Positions 1 through 9,680 of a stretch of DNA of 64,000 bases are shown piece by piece. The notes below the pieces were generated by a model. It was not told the origin of the DNA and searched no databases. It was given only the letters and a program-made list of their open reading frames with translations. This DNA is from a virus (Duplodnaviria > Heunggongvirae > Uroviricota > Caudoviricetes). Every line of letters starts with the position of its first letter. Within the stretch, counting starts at the first letter, position 1. The position numbers and the translations under genes were made by a program. The stretch lies in the IMG/VR virus record IMGVR_UViG_3300011972_000167, one strand, 5' to 3'.

Positions 1-600
1 GATAAAGATACAGATAATATTGAAACAGATTACGAAAGTGATTTTAATACAGACAGCTTTGATACTTCTGATATAGAAGATGAAGCAGATTATGAAAGTG
101 ATTTTGATACAGAGGGCTTTGATACAGAGGAATTTGACAATTCAGATACAGAGAATTTTGATGATAATAACTTTGATACATCTGATATAGAAGTAGATGA
201 CTTTGATAGTGGTGGATTTAATACAGAGGGCTTTGATGAAGATAGTTCAGATACAGAGGACTTTGATACTTCAGATACAGAAGATTTTGATACAAATAGT
301 GATGTTGAGGTTGCAGATGAGGATTTTGATAGTTCGGATGGTGATACTGACTTTGCAAATGGAGACTTTGATAGTTCAGATGGTGATACAGATAATGAAG
401 AGGATAGCAATGATGTGAACTCTGCTTTAACAGAGGATTCAGATACATTTGAAAGTGAAAATGATTTAGCTAATGACTTATTTGATATAGAAGATACAAC
501 TGATGGTGATGTAGATGAAACTGATGAATTATTTGAAACTGAGCCTGATGAAGCTGAGCCTGAAAATGAAGAAATTGAGACAGAAGATGTTATAAATAAT
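1..600 (+). repeat. Imperfect acidic coding repeat (DFDT/DFDS-type units)
   Basis: Recurrent TTTGAT(A/T)-containing units encoding xDFDT/S; Asp/Glu-rich low complexity. Confidence 0.8.
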
Positions 601-1572
601 ATAAGTGATAATAATTCAAATACTAGTGAAGTTCCCAAGAGAAAAGGTTTATTTGGGAGAGCAAAAGAGTCTAAAACATCTAATAATTCAAATAATTCTA
701 ATAAAACAGACTTAACTGAGTTAAAAAAGATTTTAGATTCTTATAGTAGAAGAGGACATTGTATGCTAGTGTCTGGAACTTTTAATAGTGGTACTACTAC
801 TTTAGCTGGAAATATAGCTAATGTAGTTGCTGGTTTAGGGTATAATGTTGCTATAGTTGATTTTGATTTAAGTAAGAGAGGACAAACTTATTTAAGCAGA
901 GATGCCTTTATGGCAGTAAACAGTGATAGTAATTATACAGATACACTTATGAAAGTAATAAATAATAGAAATTCAAATATAAGTGCTAATAGTGCTATAA
1001 TAAAAACTGGGTTAAATTTATTTGGAACAAGTGTAGAAGAGGATACTCCTAATATAGAAAAGATAGTTAAGAGTCAAAATGATTTAAGAGATTTTATATA
1101 CAACTTGAAAACTATATATAATTTTATAGTTATAGATAGTCCTATGGATTACTTAGATAAGTACTTATCAGAATTAGTAATATGTTCAGATAGTATAGTC
1201 TTAACTGTAGAGCCAACTAATAAAAGTTTATTAGAGTTTACCATGAACTTAGTAAATATAGAAGAGTATAAAGTAAGCAGAGATATTTTTAGTAGAGCCA
1301 AGATTGTAGCTAGCAAGGTTAGTGGTTCTACTGATAAGATATTAGGTAAAAAATGTAATAATTATAATAGCATGCTAAGATTGTTAGACCAACATATTTA
1401 TGATGTAACTGGAAATGAGACAGGTGGAATGTTTTCTAATTTAAGGGTATCAGGAGTTATTCCTAGCATAACAAATTTAGATTCATACATATACAGCAAA
1501 GGATATTTCAGTGATACTAAGCTAGGAAAGGAGATGTACTTAAGTGTTTTAAGTGCTATAATGATAGGATGA
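1..1572 (+). CDS. 5'-truncated ParA/MinD/TadZ(CpaE)-like ATPase with long acidic repeat region
   Basis: Frame of the 415..1572 ORF is open from base 1 (DKDTDNIETDYESDF...). C-terminal domain has a degenerate Walker A (SGTFNSGTTT), NVAIVDFD and FIVIDSP motifs typical of the MinD/ParA fold. Confidence 0.7.
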   Translation, partial: DKDTDNIETDYESDFNTDSFDTSDIEDEADYESDFDTEGFDTEEFDNSDTENFDDNNFDTSDIEVDDFDSGGFNTEGFDEDSSDTEDFDTSDTEDFDTNSDVEVADEDFDSSDGDTDFANGDFDSSDGDTDNEEDSNDVNSALTEDSDTFESENDLANDLFDIEDTTDGDVDETDELFETEPDEAEPENEEIETEDVINNISDNNSNTSEVPKRKGLFGRAKESKTSNNSNNSNKTDLTELKKILDSYSRRGHCMLVSGTFNSGTTTLAGNIANVVAGLGYNVAIVDFDLSKRGQTYLSRDAFMAVNSDSNYTDTLMKVINNRNSNISANSAIIKTGLNLFGTSVEEDTPNIEKIVKSQNDLRDFIYNLKTIYNFIVIDSPMDYLDKYLSELVICSDSIVLTVEPTNKSLLEFTMNLVNIEEYKVSRDIFSRAKIVASKVSGSTDKILGKKCNNYNSMLRLLDQHIYDVTGNETGGMFSNLRVSGVIPSITNLDSYIYSKGYFSDTKLGKEMYLSVLSAIMIG

Positions 1573-2123
1573 TAGTTTATCATGGTTCAAATTCAAATTT
1601 TACTGTATTAAAAGTTTCTCCTAGGTTAACTAAGAGTAGTAGCAGATATTTAAGTGAGGGATATGGGATATACTTCTCACTTAAACCAGATGTAGCTAAA
1701 AGTTACGGAAAATATTTATATACTCTTAATATAAATGATAAATATTTAGTGGATTATAGAAAAGAGTCAGAGTGCAGAAAGCTTTTGATAGCCTACTTAA
1801 ATTTAGTCAGTAAAGAAACTAAGACTGATTTAAGTTTATATATTACCATAAATAATATGGAGAATATAACTAAGTCTTTAAGTTTGGGTAGGATTAGGCT
1901 ATATAGCTTAGATAATGAAATAAAAGATTTATTGGAATGTGATTATAAGTTTTATGAGAACTGTTCTGATACAGTTAGAGAAAACATATACAGGAAATTA
2001 CGAGTAATATTAAAGAAAAAGCTTAAAGTTTATTTGTTTAGTTCTGATATACCAGATATTGGAATTATAAAAGATGTAAGTGATACTGTTGTGAAGATAA
2101 TAAGCAAGGAGAAAGTAAGATGA
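1569..2123 (+). CDS. Putative ADP-ribosyltransferase-fold protein
   Basis: N-terminal VYHGS, then GYGIYFS and AKSYG motifs, as in small ART-like proteins of mobile elements; ATGA overlaps with both neighbours. Confidence 0.55.
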   Translation: MIVYHGSNSNFTVLKVSPRLTKSSSRYLSEGYGIYFSLKPDVAKSYGKYLYTLNINDKYLVDYRKESECRKLLIAYLNLVSKETKTDLSLYITINNMENITKSLSLGRIRLYSLDNEIKDLLECDYKFYENCSDTVRENIYRKLRVILKKKLKVYLFSSDIPDIGIIKDVSDTVVKIISKEKVR

Positions 2124-3535
2124 ATGGTTATTCTATAAATATAGATTTAGAGGGGTTTAGTAAAATAGATATAGCTGAAACATCTGCAATATCTGATAGT
2201 ACTGTTATAATTTTACTATCCAGTTCATCTAGCAATAAGTTATTTGATTATTACAGTTCCGTTAAAGATTTAATACTTAACAGAAACAGGATAATTTTAT
2301 TAATAGATGAGCATAATTCAAATATAGATAAGCAGATAGCTATGTTAATGGTTTCTTATGGTAAATATGATATTTACAGAATATCTGATATAAATGATAT
2401 AGATACAAACTATATGGAAACTATAATCTCAAGACAACCTACAAGAGAAGAAATAGAGCAGTTTATAGGTTGTGATGTATCAATGTATGATAAGATTAAT
2501 TCCGTATTATCAGAGATGTGTAAGTTATTTAATGATACCAATGAATTAAGTTCCTTTATAGCTTCAAATTTAGAGTTATTAGAAAATACTGTTAATGTAT
2601 TAGATTATTTGAAAGTATCCTCTGATAATTCAGCTACAGCTTTAATAAAAGTTAAAGATAAGCTTACAAAAGAGTTAGAAAAGATGACAACTGATTATCA
2701 AATAACCGATTCTAAGCTAAAAGAGAGTAATTCAACTGTTAATAAGTTAACTTTACAGTTAAGTGATTTGAAAAATGAAGCAGCCAATTACAAAAAAGAG
2801 TTAGAGAAACATGGTAATTCTGGAACGGCACCTACTATTTTAAGTTATAGTACAATAAATACTAACACTTTGAACCATAGTACAAAGGCTGTCATTTATT
2901 TTAAGGAAATAGGAAAGTTAAGATATATAAATACATTTGTTTTGTGCTTATATAATTTAATAAAGCTTAAAGTAAAAGTAAATGTAAAGTTATTAATTTA
3001 TGATACGATTATAGGTTTAGGAACATATAAGCCATTAACGCATACAGATAAACGCCAATATAATGAGAGAAAGGGTAGTTTTACTGATGTGCATAAGAAT
3101 GAAAAATTAGTAATTACTGAGCCTTCAAGTGATATACTTAGTGATATGCTAAGTTCAGGTGTAGACATACTGATTATTTATGATAGACTAGGTGTGAATA
3201 AAGATTTAATCAATGGTGCTGTAGTTTACAAGTATAATGTTGTAGGTAGCATGAATGACTACAAGGCATTGAAAAACTTAGATACTGGTTTATCAGATGA
3301 TTATATAATCGGACCTCCCCATGTAAGTAATAACATTATAGGATTACCTGATTTTTCAGTTGAAGTAATGAGTAAAGTAAGAAGTAGTCCATCTTATAAA
3401 GATTCAAGCAGAAATGATGTTAATTCAACTTTAATTTCAAGTTATGCTCAATTAAAAAATCCTTGTAGAAATGGGGAGGTTATAATGGATGCAATACTAA
3501 ATAGAATTAATGCAAGTAGTATAAGTAGGAGGTAG
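2120..3535 (+). CDS. Hypothetical protein with central coiled coil
   Basis: 471-aa ORF coupled to the upstream gene; heptad-like K/E/L segment around aa 175-232. Confidence 0.75.
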   Translation: MNGYSINIDLEGFSKIDIAETSAISDSTVIILLSSSSSNKLFDYYSSVKDLILNRNRIILLIDEHNSNIDKQIAMLMVSYGKYDIYRISDINDIDTNYMETIISRQPTREEIEQFIGCDVSMYDKINSVLSEMCKLFNDTNELSSFIASNLELLENTVNVLDYLKVSSDNSATALIKVKDKLTKELEKMTTDYQITDSKLKESNSTVNKLTLQLSDLKNEAANYKKELEKHGNSGTAPTILSYSTINTNTLNHSTKAVIYFKEIGKLRYINTFVLCLYNLIKLKVKVNVKLLIYDTIIGLGTYKPLTHTDKRQYNERKGSFTDVHKNEKLVITEPSSDILSDMLSSGVDILIIYDRLGVNKDLINGAVVYKYNVVGSMNDYKALKNLDTGLSDDYIIGPPHVSNNIIGLPDFSVEVMSKVRSSPSYKDSSRNDVNSTLISSYAQLKNPCRNGEVIMDAILNRINASSISRR

Positions 3536-3543
3536 TATAGTTT

Positions 3544-5571
3544 ATGGGTAAAAAAAAGAAAACAGGTAGTAAATTAGATATGTATGATATAATATTTGCT
3601 AACTTGTTTGCTGGTACTTCCATAATAGAGCCTGAAAAGGAATTAGATAGGAGCCATATAGATATAGGTTTTTCCAATATAGCCTCTGAAAAATACATAT
3701 TAAAATATTTCTTAATAACTGGATTGCCTGACTGGTTAGATTTTCAATTATTTGACAATCTAAGAAGAAATATAATGGCTCCTGGAATAAGAGTTAACTT
3801 TTATACTTATGGAGAGCCTTATAGAATAAATTGGGAGTCCTCTGAAATGAAAAACAGATTAAGAATTTGGGAGGGTTATACTTCTGATTCTGGTAAAAAA
3901 GAAGTAAGCGGACTTAATTACCGTCTAAGAAGAAAAGATATTATAGCTAAAGAAAGAATTTTAGAGTCAACTATGTATTTGAACAGGGCGGAATTAGATT
4001 ACAGGAGAAGATTAATAAAGACAAGTTTTTTAATTGAAGTAGCTTGTCTAAGAGATTCTGAGTCTTTAGAGTATATGGTTGAAAGTATTAATGCATTAAA
4101 AAGGTATTGCATTGAGAAAGAGATTAAGTTACTTGAGTTAAGGGTTAATATGATAGATTGGCTTCAGCAACTATGGATATTCTCTTTAAGAAGTATAAAA
4201 GAGGTTTATAGGAGAGTATCAAAAAAGATATTAACTGATGATATAGTAGCTAACTTTAGTTCTTATAAGCAAGGTCGTTTAGGAGAAGAAGGAGTACCAT
4301 TAGGTTTAGATGTAAACAGTGGTACTTTAGCACTTAAAAAATTTAAGGCTAATCCTGATGCTGCTGAAAATATTTTAATAGCAGGTGGTACAGGTTCTGG
4401 AAAAAGCTTAAAGACAAAGGATTTAATATGTTGGTTAAGTGTAGACAATGTAATAACTGTTATAGACTATGATGATGAGTATAAAAACTTAGCCAACTTT
4501 ATATGTGATGGAAACCCGAAAGATGCTATTACAATAAGCATGGGAAAGGGTAGTACAAGTTACTTTGACCCTATGGAAATAGGAGATTTAACTGGAGATT
4601 CAGATATAGATGCTTCATTAAAAGAAAATGCAATGAAGTATACAATGGCAACATTTAATTTAATGATAGCTGGAGTAGATAGACAGTTGGATATGTGGGA
4701 AGAATCAGTTATAAGCACAGCTATCAAAAATGTTTATGAGAACAACTCAGTTACTGATGATAATACTACATGGAGTTTGTCTAGGGGTTGTAAGCTAGAA
4801 GATGTTTATGAGGAACTTAGGTTAATGGTAGTAAGGCAAGAGTTTGTTGATGATAACATGGATAATGTTAAGCATAAAGCTGCTGTAAATGCTTTAGAGG
4901 CTTGTAAAAAATTCTTTGAGGTTGGAGAAGCATACTATGGAACTTTTAAAAGCCCTATAAACATCAGAGATATTAGAGATGCAAGATTTATAGTATTTAG
5001 TTTCAGTAGTAACAGTACAGCGAATCAAGAAAATCCTGTTTTAGTTGGTTTAAGGCAATTAAGTGTAGCGAATTTAAGTAGTTTAATTTCAAATTACTGT
5101 AAGTATGTAAGGCATAGCTTTAATGTTAAGGTATGGGAAGAGTACAATCGTTTTGGTTTAGTTAAGGGTAGTGCTGAAATAATAGGAGATGCTATAACAG
5201 GTGGGCGTAAGCGTGGAGATATAAATTTGCTTATTACAAATGACTTAAGTAACATCTTAGATGAAACAAATCCTATAAGTGCTAGATTAGAGCAAAACTT
5301 TACTGGTTATATTATAGGGAGTATACCTAGTGATAACATAAGAGAAAAGTTTTGTAATAAGTTTAACATACCAGAAATGATAGAGCCTTTAAGAAGAATT
5401 TATAAAGCTAATGGAGAAAAGAGTAAATTCAGCAAAGCAAGAGAAAGTCAATATAAACATGCTTTTTGTGTTATAATGACTGAAACTGGTGAGAAAGCAA
5501 TAGTTAAATCTTCATTACCAAAAGAGATATTGGATTCAAAATTATTCAGAACAGGAGTAGAAAAGAAGTAA
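3544..5571 (+). CDS. VirB4/ConE-like conjugation ATPase
   Basis: Walker A in NILIAGGTGSGKS, VIDYDDEY, YFDPME, Walker B-like VWEEY and GRKRG; architecture of Gram-positive VirB4-like ATPases. Confidence 0.7.
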   Translation: MGKKKKTGSKLDMYDIIFANLFAGTSIIEPEKELDRSHIDIGFSNIASEKYILKYFLITGLPDWLDFQLFDNLRRNIMAPGIRVNFYTYGEPYRINWESSEMKNRLRIWEGYTSDSGKKEVSGLNYRLRRKDIIAKERILESTMYLNRAELDYRRRLIKTSFLIEVACLRDSESLEYMVESINALKRYCIEKEIKLLELRVNMIDWLQQLWIFSLRSIKEVYRRVSKKILTDDIVANFSSYKQGRLGEEGVPLGLDVNSGTLALKKFKANPDAAENILIAGGTGSGKSLKTKDLICWLSVDNVITVIDYDDEYKNLANFICDGNPKDAITISMGKGSTSYFDPMEIGDLTGDSDIDASLKENAMKYTMATFNLMIAGVDRQLDMWEESVISTAIKNVYENNSVTDDNTTWSLSRGCKLEDVYEELRLMVVRQEFVDDNMDNVKHKAAVNALEACKKFFEVGEAYYGTFKSPINIRDIRDARFIVFSFSSNSTANQENPVLVGLRQLSVANLSSLISNYCKYVRHSFNVKVWEEYNRFGLVKGSAEIIGDAITGGRKRGDINLLITNDLSNILDETNPISARLEQNFTGYIIGSIPSDNIREKFCNKFNIPEMIEPLRRIYKANGEKSKFSKARESQYKHAFCVIMTETGEKAIVKSSLPKEILDSKLFRTGVEKK

Positions 5572-5767
5572 AGCCTATAAAATTCACTTATTAATAGCCT
5601 ATACAAAAATCTGGTATGCATTGGATAGATTTTTAGCATAAATAAAAATCAAAATTTTGTTAGATAAAATTTATATAGTGAGTTGTAATTTTTAATTCTT
5701 TTATAAAAAATTAGAGCTTTCAAAAATTTTTTATAGAGCATTTCAGAAAAATTTAGATGCATTACTA

Positions 5768-5779
5768 GAACAAATGTTT
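5768..5779. promoter_or_regulatory. Possible LexA/DinR SOS box
   Basis: GAACAAATGTTT matches the Firmicute GAAC-N4-GTTY consensus, in an intergenic region. Confidence 0.35.
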
Positions 5780-5899
5780 GGTAAAAAATGAATGGAATTT
5801 TTCAATTAATTTTTGGGTGGAGGTTAAAGATAGGTCAAAATTAGTAGAGTTTATGAGTAATTTTGAGATTTGGGGATTTTAGGATGAGGAGATTTAGTT

Positions 5900-6049
5900 T
5901 TGTATATAATAATATTTATTTTAATGGCTGTTATAGCTTATATCAATGCTTTCAAAGATGAATTTAATGCAGAGGATTTAGCTGGAGCGAGTTTAATTAC
6001 TATTACTTTGATAGTAGTTATGATTGTAACAGTTATAGTAACTGTTTAG
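5900..6049 (+). CDS. Small two-helix membrane protein (49 aa, not in ORF track)
   Basis: GAGGAG SD, TTG start, MYIIIFILMAVIAYINAFKDEFNAEDLAGASLITITLIVVMIVTVIVTV, TAG; two hydrophobic stretches. Confidence 0.55.
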   Translation: MYIIIFILMAVIAYINAFKDEFNAEDLAGASLITITLIVVMIVTVIVTV

Positions 6050-6064
6050 GGGTGGGGGATTTAT

Positions 6065-8335
6065 ATGGATTTTGAAGATGTTGGAAGTGCAATAGAAAAT
6101 GCTAGAAACCAACCTGATTTTGAGGCTGATTTTGGAGATGACTCTGGTTTAGGTGACTTTGAGTTTGATAGTTTACCAGCTTTGGGAGATGGTTTTGATA
6201 CTGGTGGGGGATTAGGTGAAGATACCAGCTTTGGAAACTCAGGCTTTGGTGGATTTGATGGTATGGGAGAGAATACTTTAGGTGGAATGCAACCTAATCA
6301 ATCTATGGGTCAGCAAGAGCAAAAAAAGAGTTGGGATGAATCTTTAGGAGATGCCTTTGCTTCTAGTTTAAGTAGTAGTGGTAAGGTTATAAAAACATTA
6401 TTTTCTTCTATAAAAAATAGAGTAGCAGACGATTGGGCTTTATTTTCAAATAACCTGTTGATTTACAGTGGAGTACTCACTGGGGTAAGCTTAGCTATAT
6501 GGATTATAAGTATACTAATACGAATGCCTATTAGATTCAGTGGATTACCTTTGAACTCTCTTTTATCTGCTGGTTTAGGAAGTGGTAGTTCCATTATTAT
6601 TTTAAGTGGTATAGCTGGTTTTGTAACTAGAACTAATGATACTAACAGTAAAATAAGTCCAACAACTTTACCTGAAGTAGATAATGATGTAGAAACAGAT
6701 GATTTATTTGGAGATTTTGAGGATTCAACAGATGAAGAAGATACTGACGATTATGAAGATGATATAGCATCCTTATTAGATGATATTTATTCGGATAATA
6801 ACTCAGAAGAAGATGAAGAGGACAGTTACTCTTCTGGAGGATACTCTGATGACTCTAATTCTGGTGGGGATATATTTTCTCGAATGATGAATAACTATAA
6901 TTCCAGTAATGATAGGACAGCAGATATATCTGATTCAGTACCCTCTGATGTACCCATGGTGAATAGAGATTTTTTAATAAGCTTATTCAAGGGCAAGCTA
7001 TTATCTAAAACTCCAGATTTTACTAGAGTAGAGCATATAGAGGCTGGAGAAACTAGGTTCAAAGATGCAGAGGAACTTTTGATATCTTCTTATGCAGCGG
7101 CTGCTGGTAAAGAGGTAGAAGATGTAGCAACTAAAGTTTATTTGGATTCTATGACAGAAAATTTATTTTCTTATGACTTTAAGATGAAAAGGTCTAATTC
7201 AGTTAAGGTCAATGAGGATAAGTTCAGAGATGAGTTAGAGGCTTTCTTTAAGTCTGATGACATAGATGATAACAACCCTGATGCTGGCTTAGTTAATGCT
7301 ACTGTAACAAAGGAAAAGGATAAGTTTAGGATTATAATAACAAAGCCTAACATGAAAGAGATTATAGGTATAGGAGACTGTCTACAGAGAGATGAAGTAG
7401 ATAAGTTTTTCAGAAATGAAAAGAATGCTTTTCCTGTTGTTGTAGGTATTACTGAAAGAGGAGTACCAATACTAAGAGATTTTAAGATATTCAACTCTTA
7501 TATGATAGCAGGTAAGCAAAGGTCAGGTAAGTCTTGGTATGTAACAAGTACTGTTATGCAGTTACAAATGTTTAATACACCTGAGGATGTTCAGTTTGTT
7601 TATATAGACCCTAAAGAGAGTTATATGTTTAAGAGTTTAGCATTAATGCCACACTGTTGTGGATTGCATAATCATATTCATGTACTTGACATTTTACAGG
7701 ATATAATAGACAAAGAAGCCCCACGAAGAAAGAAATTATTAAAAGATAACAAGTGTGAAACAATATGGGCTTTAAGGGAAAAGGGAATAAGACTTCCTGT
7801 ACTTTATATTGTTATAGATGAGTATATGACAATAGATAGTTACCTTAAAGAAAGAGTAAGTACACTTAAAGACCAGATGAATACTATAATGTCACAGTTC
7901 CCGTCTATAGGAATAAGATTAATGTTTATTCCTCACAGAGCACAGGGAGTTGTAGATAAAACGGCAAGAACATTGATAGACTTAGCTGCCGCTGTCAAGA
8001 CTGAACAAAGCGTTGTAGAAGAGACCATAGATACCAAGAAATGGACTAGAAAACTTACAATGCCTGGTGATATCGGTATAAGGATGGGTTCAGAGATAAT
8101 GTATATTAGAGGACCTGTTTTTGAAACTTCTGATGAAAAGACAATAGAATTTATAACTCAAATAGCAAAGAGTTTTTATAAGATGGGAGTAGACATACCC
8201 GATATGACAAGTATGGGTTGCGGATATAATAGGAACGAGTCTAAAATTAAGAGTGAACTAGAATTAACTGGAGATAACTCATCCAGAGTACAGTATGATG
8301 CTAATACTTTAAGTGCAGATTTAGACAACTTATAG
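6065..8335 (+). CDS. FtsK/SpoIIIE-family ATPase (TcpA-like coupling protein candidate), membrane anchored
   Basis: Two hydrophobic segments near aa 130-190; Walker A AGKQRSGKS, VYIDPK, Walker B IVIDEY; acidic linkers. Confidence 0.8.
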   Translation: MDFEDVGSAIENARNQPDFEADFGDDSGLGDFEFDSLPALGDGFDTGGGLGEDTSFGNSGFGGFDGMGENTLGGMQPNQSMGQQEQKKSWDESLGDAFASSLSSSGKVIKTLFSSIKNRVADDWALFSNNLLIYSGVLTGVSLAIWIISILIRMPIRFSGLPLNSLLSAGLGSGSSIIILSGIAGFVTRTNDTNSKISPTTLPEVDNDVETDDLFGDFEDSTDEEDTDDYEDDIASLLDDIYSDNNSEEDEEDSYSSGGYSDDSNSGGDIFSRMMNNYNSSNDRTADISDSVPSDVPMVNRDFLISLFKGKLLSKTPDFTRVEHIEAGETRFKDAEELLISSYAAAAGKEVEDVATKVYLDSMTENLFSYDFKMKRSNSVKVNEDKFRDELEAFFKSDDIDDNNPDAGLVNATVTKEKDKFRIIITKPNMKEIIGIGDCLQRDEVDKFFRNEKNAFPVVVGITERGVPILRDFKIFNSYMIAGKQRSGKSWYVTSTVMQLQMFNTPEDVQFVYIDPKESYMFKSLALMPHCCGLHNHIHVLDILQDIIDKEAPRRKKLLKDNKCETIWALREKGIRLPVLYIVIDEYMTIDSYLKERVSTLKDQMNTIMSQFPSIGIRLMFIPHRAQGVVDKTARTLIDLAAAVKTEQSVVEETIDTKKWTRKLTMPGDIGIRMGSEIMYIRGPVFETSDEKTIEFITQIAKSFYKMGVDIPDMTSMGCGYNRNESKIKSELELTGDNSSRVQYDANTLSADLDNL

Positions 8336-8345
8336 GAGACAAAGC

Positions 8346-9668
8346 ATGATTATAGAGGAATATAAAGTTAGTTTATTAGAAATAGAAACAGCATTAGACT
8401 TAGTGGATAATAATAAAATGTTATCCACTTATTATGCAATTAAGCCTAATGTAAGTTTAGATTTAGTTGAGGGAGCTTTAGAGTTTTTGAATAATAAGAT
8501 TGAAACAAACTTAGAAGAAGATTGCTTAGAAGAAGATTTTGATGAAACAGAGGACTCTGATGATATAGCTATTGACTTAGGTGAAGAAGAGGATGACTTA
8601 GAAGAGGATGACTTAGAAGAGAATGGCATAGAAGAAAATGAAGATGATGACATAGATATTGATTTAGAGGATGAAGATGACCTAGAAGATTCTGATGATA
8701 TAGATACTGGCTTAGAAGAAGAGGATGAAATAGATATTGACTTAGAAGAGGATGACTTAGAAGAGGATTATTTAGAAGAGGATGACCTAGGGGATTCTGA
8801 TAGTGTAAGTATTGATTTAGGCGAAGAAGATGATGAAATAGATATTGACCTAGAGGAAGATGAAGATGACATAGAAGATTCCAATGACATAGATGTTAAT
8901 TTAGAAGATGACCTAGAAGATTCTGATGAAATAGACATTGACCTAGAGGATGACCCAGAAGATGATATAGATAACAATGAAGAAGAGGAAGATGATGAAA
9001 TAGACATTGATTTAGAAGATGATAACAGTGAAGATACTGTAGATATTGAATTAGACAATGAAGAAGATGAAGATGATGAAATAGACATAGATTTAGAAGA
9101 AGATGACTTAGATAATGGGGAAGATATAGATATTAACTTAGAGGAAGAAGATGAAATAGACGTTGATATAGAAGATGATAAAATAATCTTATCTAATTCC
9201 AAAAAGAATGAAGTAATAAAAGATAGCTTAGAAAATAAAAGTAAAAATGCACTAGAAAGAGTAAAAGAAGTTAATAATAGCAATAGTCAGTCTATAAAGT
9301 CAGAAGATATCAACGCAGTTTATACGGATGGTAAGAGTAAAAATGTTGACTCTATTTCAAGTACTATAAATGTAAAGCAGCTAAATCTAAATAATGATAA
9401 ATTAAATGTTGCCAGTGTTACTGGAGATGTTAATAGAGTAAATAATATTAATCAAGTTGTTTCTATCAAGAAAAGAAATTATGATTCTTTATCTACAGAT
9501 AAACTATATAACTTTGTAGCCCTTTATATGAAAAAGCATGGAGTTAAAGACTCTGGTGTAAGTAAAGCATTACTTACTGAAGAATTTGGAGCTAACAATA
9601 TTAAAAAATTGATTAATAAGTCATATTTAATACAATTATATGATGGTACTTTAACATTTAATAGATGA
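8346..9668 (+). CDS. Hyper-acidic repeat protein with possible C-terminal winged helix
   Basis: About 225 aa of DEIDIDLEED-type repeats; short basic helical C-terminal domain. Confidence 0.75.
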   Translation: MIIEEYKVSLLEIETALDLVDNNKMLSTYYAIKPNVSLDLVEGALEFLNNKIETNLEEDCLEEDFDETEDSDDIAIDLGEEEDDLEEDDLEENGIEENEDDDIDIDLEDEDDLEDSDDIDTGLEEEDEIDIDLEEDDLEEDYLEEDDLGDSDSVSIDLGEEDDEIDIDLEEDEDDIEDSNDIDVNLEDDLEDSDEIDIDLEDDPEDDIDNNEEEEDDEIDIDLEDDNSEDTVDIELDNEEDEDDEIDIDLEEDDLDNGEDIDINLEEEDEIDVDIEDDKIILSNSKKNEVIKDSLENKSKNALERVKEVNNSNSQSIKSEDINAVYTDGKSKNVDSISSTINVKQLNLNNDKLNVASVTGDVNRVNNINQVVSIKKRNYDSLSTDKLYNFVALYMKKHGVKDSGVSKALLTEEFGANNIKKLINKSYLIQLYDGTLTFNR

Positions 9669-9680
9669 TAGGAGACATAA

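Noticed and set aside
90..638. Minus-strand Ser-rich ORFs (also 8432-8653, 8768-9283 and other short minus ORFs)
   Set aside because: Shadow ORFs antisense to acidic or long + strand genes; no independent coding evidence.
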